Virus record (IMG/VR): IMGVR_UViG_3300005821_000002
Span: 32,487-96,486 of that record
Origin: a virus
Strand: one strand, 5' to 3'
DNA: 64,000 nt
The notes beneath the pieces are model-generated. The model saw nothing but the letters and a program-made list of their open reading frames with translations, ran no database searches and was not told where the DNA came from. Below are positions 8,117-12,907 of this stretch, one piece after another (position 1 is the stretch's first letter; every line of letters starts with the position of its first letter). The translations under genes and the position numbers were made by a program.

Positions 8117-8187
8117 GAGGGCTTATGCTTATCATCTAGAATGTGACCACTCAGTTTACTGCTGGAAGTCAGACAGCAGAAGCCCTC
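8117..8187 (-). ncRNA. orphan structured RNA
   Basis: Terminal stem GAGGGCTT/AAGCCCTC plus CTGCTG/CAGCAG hairpin. Confidence 0.4.
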
Positions 8188-8188
8188 T

Positions 8189-8274
8189 TGGTGCCAACAG
8201 CAGGGATCGAACCTGCACTCCCGAAGGAAACTGGTTTTAAGCCAGTCGTGTCTGCCAAATTCCACCATGTCGGC
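8189..8274 (-). tRNA. tRNA-Leu(UAA)
   Basis: ACTGG-CTTAAAA-CCAGT; long variable arm; CCA. Confidence 0.95.
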
Positions 8275-8276
8275 AT

Positions 8277-8365
8277 AAGGTGAGAAGGGTTTACTCTGAG
8301 TATTCGTCTGACTATCGGACTTTCCCCTAACAGGTATAGTCTCCTGCGTAAAGCGTTCTCACCTT
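8277..8365 (-). ncRNA. orphan structured RNA with potential pseudoknot
   Basis: 10-bp terminal stem AAGGTGAGAA/TTCTCACCTT, TTTAC/GTAAA, GCAGG/CCTGT, GACTAT/ATAGTC. Confidence 0.5.
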
Positions 8366-8367
8366 AA

Positions 8368-8443
8368 GGTAGCGGGGAGGGGATTCGAACCCCTGGTTTC
8401 CAGCTTATGAGGCTAGTGACTTGGGCCGCTAGTCTACCCCGCA
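8368..8443 (-). tRNA. tRNA-Met(CAU), initiator-like
   Basis: CAT anticodon; U1xU72 mismatch; A11-U24; ends ACC-T. Confidence 0.9.
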
Positions 8444-8501
8444 ATGATGGACACCTACATCGAACCACAAGGAGCGACCCTGCTTACGTTTCAGTGTCCA
8501 A

Positions 8502-8577
8502 GGTCGGAATGACAGGATTTGAACCTGTGGCCCCTCGGACCCAAACCGAGTGCTCTTCCAAGCTGAGCTACACTCCG
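8502..8577 (-). tRNA. tRNA-Pro(UGG)
   Basis: CTCGG-TTTGGGT-CCGAG; ends ACC-T. Confidence 0.95.
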
Positions 8578-8681
8578 ATGTACTTTTTTGATAGAGCAGA
8601 AAGACATAATAAAAACTGCTTGGGCCTAACTCATACAAGTCAGGGTTCCACCACTTGTTTTTTAGAGAAACAAGAAACTCA

Positions 8682-8754
8682 GGTGGAGCTTCAGAGGATC
8701 GAACTCTGATAACAGCATTGCAAGTGCTGGGTAATACCGTTATACGAAAGCCCC
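8682..8754 (-). tRNA. tRNA-Ala(UGC)
   Basis: G3-U70; CAGCA-CTTGCAA-TGCTG; ends ACC-T. Confidence 0.94.
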
Positions 8755-8757
8755 AAA

Positions 8758-8841
8758 GGTACCGAAGGTGAGAGTCGAACTCACAAGCCCGTGGGCACTG
8801 ACTTCTAAGGCCAGCGTGTTTGCCATTTTCACCACTTCGGC
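8758..8841 (-). tRNA. tRNA-Leu(UAG)
   Basis: CTGGC-CTTAGAA-GTCAG; long variable arm; ends ACC-T. Confidence 0.94.
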
Positions 8842-8844
8842 ATG

Positions 8845-8922
8845 TTGAGAACTAGGGTGCACCACGGAATCTAACCGTCTCTGCTAGGCTGTCGCCCACT
8901 AACAAGTCGTGCTAGTTCTCAA
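8845..8922 (-). ncRNA. orphan structured RNA with T-loop-like hairpin
   Basis: 11-bp terminal stem TTGAGAACTAG/CTAGTTCTCAA; ACGG-TTAGATT-CCGT. Confidence 0.5.
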
Positions 8923-8996
8923 GGTGGATGTTAGAAGAATCGAACTTCTCTCCGTCGGTTTACAGCCGAGTGCCGTCCCCAGACGACCCAACATCC
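8923..8996 (-). tRNA. tRNA-Tyr(GUA), non-canonical (short variable loop)
   Basis: 7-bp acceptor, TCGG-CTGTAAA-CCGA, T-arm AGAAG-TTCGATT-CTTCT; ends ACC-T. Confidence 0.8.
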
Positions 8997-9008
8997 AATG
9001 TTTTCCTT

Positions 9009-9037
9009 ATTATATCACATATTACTAGAAATGTCAA
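9009..9037 (-). promoter_or_regulatory. consensus sigma70 promoter inside tRNA array
   Basis: TTGACA-17-TATAAT with extended -10 TG. Confidence 0.9.
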
Positions 9038-9064
9038 GCCCAATATTAGTGCCATATCATTCCT

Positions 9065-9315
9065 TGGTGGAGATGGGGGGAGTTGAACCCCCGTCCAAAT
9101 AGTCTTGGTTCACATGTTACTGGCGTTCCGTTTACTGTCGGTCAGTCTTACTGGGTGTAACTAGGTGTAGCTTCTACCGCTACTGGGAGACTGAATAAAG
9201 TTTCAGCCAGACTCACTCTGCTAAAGAGTGCTGATGCTAAACTATTATCGTTTGCATTTGTGTTAGGGTGCCAGAATGCTTAGCGTCCTCTATCTGTCGA
9301 AGCCATTTCATCCCC
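9065..9315 (-). ncRNA. ssrA: tmRNA (compact, ~251 nt)
   Basis: 5' GGGGATGAAATGGCTTCGAC; G3-U acceptor pair; 3' GGACGGGGGTTCAACTCCCCCCATCTCCACCA; resume codon GCA AAC GAT (AND...). Confidence 0.93.
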
Positions 9316-9317
9316 AA

Positions 9318-9391
9318 GGAGCACCTAAGAGGATTCGAACCTCCAACTCTTGGTCCGTAGCCAAGCGGTTTATCCGTTAGCCTACAGGTGC
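9318..9391 (-). tRNA. tRNA-Arg(ACG)
   Basis: CTTGG-CTACGGA-CCAAG; ends TCC-T. Confidence 0.94.
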
Positions 9392-9394
9392 TTA

Positions 9395-9470
9395 GGGGCC
9401 CATGATGAGAATCGAACTCATAACCTAGCGATTACAAAACGCTTGCTCTGCCTAATTGAGCTACACGGGC
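9395..9470 (-). tRNA. tRNA-Thr(UGU)
   Basis: Loop TT-TGT-AA; ends CCC-T. Confidence 0.92.
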
Positions 9471-9473
9471 TTA

Positions 9474-9560
9474 GGCGGAATGTGTAGGATTCGAACCTAC
9501 GTGGGTGTTACCCCAACTCCCTTAGCAGGGGAGCACTTTAAACCACTCAGTCAACATTCC
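9474..9560 (-). tRNA. tRNA-Ser(GCU)
   Basis: CTCCC-CTGCTAA-GGGAG; long variable arm; ends GCC-T. Confidence 0.95.
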
Positions 9561-9568
9561 GTAATACT

Positions 9569-9802
9569 CTATCCAGTTGAACGAACAAATGTAATTACAT
9601 TATCCGGTATATCAGCTGGATGTTCATACGATTTATTAGAGCGTGTGCGGTGAGTGAAAGGGAAGAACCCAGTGTCACTCCTACCGATACTCACTCCTCT
9701 AAACTTACCACCCTGTTGTGGATATGTACCTTCTCCCACATCAAGGTTATCTGGTGCTTTTTCTACTAGTTTTACACCACCAACAAGACTTTCTTCTGTC
9801 AT
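9569..9802 (-). CDS. hypothetical protein
   Basis: Fills gap; YTHRxRSxxY-like motif. Confidence 0.55.
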   Translation of the reverse strand: MTEESLVGGVKLVEKAPDNLDVGEGTYPQQGGKFRGVSIGRSDTGFFPFTHRTRSNKSYEHPADIPDNVITFVRSTG

Positions 9803-9805
9803 ATA

Positions 9806-10015
9806 TCACCAATTCTTCCAGTTACATATACTTTCCCAATGTAATAATCCTCTACGATGAGGGTCTCTCCAAGCACGACGACGAGCTTTACTCAAACGTC
9901 GTTTGTAGTAACGACCCTCTCCTCTACTACCCCATCTACAACAAATGCTTCCATTTACTACTTGAATTTTCTTACCAAACTCTTTCCATGTTCTACGGTA
10001 ATTCTCTTTATGCAT
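9806..10015 (-). CDS. small Arg/Lys/Trp-rich protein (69 aa)
   Basis: Start moved to ATG at 10015, directly after the RNase P RNA 3' end. Confidence 0.55.
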   Translation of the reverse strand: MHKENYRRTWKEFGKKIQVVNGSICCRWGSRGEGRYYKRRLSKARRRAWRDPHRRGLLHWESICNWKNW

Positions 10016-10210
10016 GACAACTCCGTAACCAGGATTCTGTTTTATCCCTACATCCATCTATGCCACAACCACACCCTTAGCCCTGCTCACCAGCTAGGTA
10101 AATTTGTGTTGCTCCCTCGGTAGTATAACGGGTTTCCCCTTCCACCTTAAGCAGAGGAGTCCTGAGTTTCCTCTGACGGCATGAAGCCATCAGCGTAGGG
10201 TCAAGTTGTC
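10016..10210 (-). ncRNA. rnpB: miniature RNase P RNA (catalytic domain, S-domain largely deleted)
   Basis: CR-I-like GAGGAAACTCAGGACTCC, GGAGCAA, CR-IV-like TAGATGGAT, CR-V-like AACAGAATCCTGGTTA; P1-P7 and P15-P17 pairable. Confidence 0.88.
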
Positions 10211-10211
10211 A

Positions 10212-10286
10212 TGGAGGCAAGAGTGGGAATCGAACCCACCACTCGACGTTTTGCAGACGCCACCCTAACCAATCGGGATTCTCGCC
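10212..10286 (-). tRNA. tRNA-Cys(GCA)
   Basis: GGCGT-CTGCAAA-ACGTC; U73; CCA. Confidence 0.92.
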
Positions 10287-10952
10287 CTATTCAAAGTACG
10301 GTAGCCAATAATATAATACTTTATCAGCATATACAGGCCCACCAAAGTATAAACAAACATCGGCATTCAAGCTTGTCCAACCACAATTGTATGCAGCTAA
10401 AGCTCTGTGCATATCCTTCTCAGGATTTTCTTCTTCATTGTTAATGTTAGCATTTAACATATACATGCCCTGCCAAATATTCCATCTTGGTTGCCAAAGA
10501 TATTCTTCTGCCAGTGTCCACGGCTTCACAGCTATCTGCATAAGACCGATGGTACTATACCCATCATCCGACATCTCATTTGGGTTGCAAGCACTTTCCT
10601 GAGCCATAACAGCAAGTACAATATTAGGATCAATGGGAAACTCATCATACCACCCTTCAACAAGGGGTCGATAATATTCACATAACCTTACTACAATTTC
10701 AGCTGTTACTTCTTCTCCGGTTGGTCGTGGAGTTGATGTTTTACTCGGCACAACCGTTGGTACTTTTTCTGGTGTTGGTATTGATAGTGGTTCTACTATT
10801 CGCGGCGGATACTCTGTTGAAGTTACCACCGGTGTCGGAGTTATTGTGGGAAGTTCAGGTTCAGGTATATCATTAGGTATACTATATATCCCACACATAA
10901 CGCTGATTACTAGCATAACCACAAGAAAATTCTTGCTAGATGATTTCAGCAA
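10287..10952 (-). CDS. membrane-anchored lytic transglycosylase (SLT domain)
   Basis: N-terminal TM, Pro/Thr linker, AVMAQES, GLMQI, ALAAYNCG. Confidence 0.9.
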   Translation of the reverse strand: MLKSSSKNFLVVMLVISVMCGIYSIPNDIPEPELPTITPTPVVTSTEYPPRIVEPLSIPTPEKVPTVVPSKTSTPRPTGEEVTAEIVVRLCEYYRPLVEGWYDEFPIDPNIVLAVMAQESACNPNEMSDDGYSTIGLMQIAVKPWTLAEEYLWQPRWNIWQGMYMLNANINNEEENPEKDMHRALAAYNCGWTSLNADVCLYFGGPVYADKVLYYWLPYFE

Positions 10953-10990
10953 ATATTCCCCCTATATTATATTGTCCGTACCATACCAAA

Positions 10991-11080
10991 GGCGGAGAGT
11001 GCAGGGGTCAAACCTGCAAGGCAGTTACGCTCGGCGGGTTTCAAATCCGCTGCCGTCGTCAACTATCGGCTTGACTCTCC
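10991..11080 (-). tRNA. tRNA-Ser(UGA)
   Basis: Loop TT-TGA-AA; long variable arm; G73; ends GCC-T. Confidence 0.87.
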
Positions 11081-11120
11081 GAAATGTGGGGAAGTTAGGT
11101 TCCGACCTCCCTTCCCAATA

Positions 11121-11204
11121 GGTGCCGATAACAGGAGTCGAACCTGTACGCTGTTAGGCGGTTGCTTTTGAGGCAACTGTGTCTACCTCTTCCACCATAT
11201 CGGC
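11121..11204 (-). tRNA. tRNA-Leu(CAA)
   Basis: GTTGC-CTCAAAA-GCAAC; ends ACC-T. Confidence 0.94.
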
Positions 11205-11296
11205 AATTGTCTTACCGTACCCATAGGCAATACTAGGCTTGTAGGCCCTATGGGTATTGCTCAATCATGAGGTATATAGTCATGAAAGAGTGCCTA

Positions 11297-11374
11297 GGCG
11301 GTCTTGAAGGGATTTGAACCCTCGATCTCTTGCTTGACAGGCAAGCGTGTTAGGCCGGACTACACCACAAGACC
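11297..11374 (-). tRNA. tRNA-Asp(GUC)
   Basis: CTTGC-CTGTCAA-GCAAG; G73; ends GCC-T. Confidence 0.95.
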
Positions 11375-11378
11375 ATAA

Positions 11379-11530
11379 GATGTATCATAGCTGGTTTCCC
11401 CACCCAGCACCCGTACAAACCTGACCATTTTTCGGTTTTTTAGTCTGACCGATACAGACTTGTGACCTTTCTGAAAAGGTTGTCAGGATGAATTCTAAGC
11501 CCAAGTGTTTCAGACACTTTATGATACATC
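11379..11530 (-). ncRNA. orphan multibranch structured RNA (~152 nt)
   Basis: 11-bp terminal stem GATGTATCATA/TATGATACATC enclosing five internal helices. Confidence 0.6.
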
Positions 11531-11531
11531 A

Positions 11532-11607
11532 TGGGGTGTCCAGAGGGGTTCGAACCCTCGAATGTGGATTCACAGTCCAGTGTTTTTCCGACTAAACTAT
11601 GGACACC
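11532..11607 (-). tRNA. tRNA-His(GUG)
   Basis: G-1:C73 pair; loop CT-GTG-AA; CCA. Confidence 0.93.
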
Positions 11608-11612
11608 ATGTA

Positions 11613-11776
11613 TGTACCGGTACCCCTCTTACTCACCGTATTACGATGATATAACTACCTCTGGAGACCCAGTAGGGGCAGGTAGGCGGTATTTTCTCTT
11701 CCTTATTCCTAGCTGGTCTTAATCAGAATAAGGCGTAGTCTCCCACGTTCTGTCCATGCCAGCGGACACCGGTACA
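11613..11776 (-). ncRNA. orphan pseudoknotted structured RNA (~164 nt)
   Basis: 9-bp terminal stem TGTACCGGT/ACCGGTACA plus several internal complementary pairs. Confidence 0.55.
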
Positions 11777-11777
11777 A

Positions 11778-11850
11778 GGTAGCTAAGGGAGGATTCGAAC
11801 CGCCATCCTAGGCTTCAAAGGCCCATGTCCTGCCGTTAGACGACTTAGCT
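11778..11850 (-). tRNA. tRNA-Gln(UUG)
   Basis: TGGGC-CTTTGAA-GCCTA; ends ACC-T. Confidence 0.92.
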
Positions 11851-11853
11851 ATA

Positions 11854-11926
11854 GGTTGTAGAGGAAGGATTCGAACCTCCATTGACTGATTCAGAGTCAG
11901 CAGTACTGCCGTTATACTACTCTACA
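11854..11926 (-). tRNA. tRNA-Gln(CUG)
   Basis: GCTGA-CTCTGAA-TCAGT; ends ACC-T. Confidence 0.92.
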
Positions 11927-11927
11927 A

Positions 11928-12076
11928 GGTAAAGGCGTATTCCAACCCCTTTATTCCGCCTATAAGTCCTGTCTGTATTCACAGCGTTTTCCTTGAAACT
12001 AGACCTGACTAGAATTCCAAGGACGTAAGGGGTACAGGACTTGGCTCATAACCTTTCCCCACTCTTTCGAGTGAGA
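11928..12076 (-). ncRNA. orphan structured RNA (~150 nt) ending in ACC-T
   Basis: GAAA hairpin, AAGTCCTGT/ACAGGACTT, CCTTGGAA/TTTCAAGG, AGGCG/CGCCT, ACCCCTT/AAGGGGT. Confidence 0.55.
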
Positions 12077-12077
12077 A

Positions 12078-12150
12078 GGCACGGGATGAAGGATTCGAAC
12101 CTCCTACAGTAACGTTTTGGAGACGCACTCGCTCCCAAGCTGTATCCCGC
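12078..12150 (-). tRNA. tRNA-Trp(CCA), non-canonical reduced D-arm
   Basis: Loop CT-CCA-AA; G73; D-arm only GCT-TGGG-AGC; ends GCC-T. Confidence 0.8.
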
Positions 12151-12155
12151 ATATA

Positions 12156-12230
12156 GGCAGGCAAGACAGGATTCGAACCTGTAACCTTCTCCTTAACAGG
12201 GAGTTGCTCTGCCGATTGAGCTACTCGCCT
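12156..12230 (-). tRNA. tRNA-Asn(GUU)
   Basis: Loop CT-GTT-AA; ends GCC-T. Confidence 0.93.
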
Positions 12231-12240
12231 ATATGTACAC

Positions 12241-12269
12241 ATTATACCACAAAATCTACACTTTGTCAA
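12241..12269 (-). promoter_or_regulatory. consensus sigma70 promoter heading the tRNA array
   Basis: TTGACA-17-TATAAT with TG extension. Confidence 0.9.
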
Positions 12270-12347
12270 GAGGGTTAATAGCGAACGTTCCATGACGACC
12301 AGTACTATCAACCCCCTCAACACAAGTGTACTTAATTATACCTTATT

Positions 12348-12596
12348 TTACTGAACTATGTCAGTTTGGGGTGCCATTTGAAAGTCAACTCTTCCATTCA
12401 ATTTACCCTTTGAAATAATCTGAGCTTCAAAAAAGCATTTCACAAGGTAAGCGTAATTACTACTGTCAACTTTCCATACCCCATCAGTATCTTTAAAGAC
12501 ACCTATAACAAGACGTGCATTATCAGTGAGATTATTCTCACAAAAATTTACAAGGCTATCCTCATCTACATCACGATAAGTGATAGTATCATCCAT
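12348..12596 (-). CDS. hypothetical protein
   Basis: Packed ORF. Confidence 0.55.
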   Translation of the reverse strand: MDDTITYRDVDEDSLVNFCENNLTDNARLVIGVFKDTDGVWKVDSSNYAYLVKCFFEAQIISKGKLNGRVDFQMAPQTDIVQ

Positions 12597-12598
12597 TC

Positions 12599-12904
12599 TT
12601 AGCTAGCCTTTGGTGTAACTAGGTATGTACCCTGTGATGTCAGCACAAATGCAAAGTATGCAACAAAAGCTTCCTTCAGACCAAAAAGTGTACAGGCCCA
12701 AGGTAGATCAAACAAAAAGCTTACACAGTTAAGTCCAAATACACCAAGTACTACAACTAAACCAGAACCTAGAACAAACAATCTCTGAGTGTTATCTGGT
12801 AGAGCATTATACCAAGTGTTCAACTTTGGAAAATACTCAAGTGCTAGTGACCAGGTTGTACCTGCGAGTGCAAATGCAAAGATTTGCTCAATTGTAATTA
12901 ACAT
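12599..12904 (-). CDS. small multi-TM membrane protein (holin-like)
   Basis: About three hydrophobic segments in 101 aa. Confidence 0.55.
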   Translation of the reverse strand: MLITIEQIFAFALAGTTWSLALEYFPKLNTWYNALPDNTQRLFVLGSGLVVVLGVFGLNCVSFLFDLPWACTLFGLKEAFVAYFAFVLTSQGTYLVTPKAS

Positions 12905-12907
12905 TTC

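Noticed and set aside
8277-8365. Second RNase P RNA (contains GGGGAAAGTCCG)
   Set aside because: No CR-V partner for P4 and far too short; kept only as an orphan RNA.
8007-8709. ORF-track calls overlapping tRNAs (also 6626..6835, 9456..9653, 11531..11722, 12009..12323)
   Set aside because: Translations of tRNA or ncRNA sequence with no RBS or protein features.
10016-10057. N-terminal extension MDVGIKQNPGYGVV of ORF 9806..10057
   Set aside because: These bases are the conserved CR-IV/CR-V and P1 strands of the RNase P RNA; ATG 10015 is the better start.
10991-11080. Possible selenocysteine or opal suppressor tRNA
   Set aside because: Anticodon is UGA (reads UCA, Ser), not UCA; normal 7-bp acceptor stem.
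11081-11296. Short hairpins in spacers 11081-11120 and 11205-11296 (and 8578-8681) as separate ncRNA genes
   Set aside because: Simple local hairpins without an end-to-end closing stem; not enough support.
5702-12230. HDV-like theta ribozymes at tRNA 3' ends
   Set aside because: Could not build the nested double pseudoknot starting at any tRNA 3' end by eye; a descriptor search is needed to exclude them fully.
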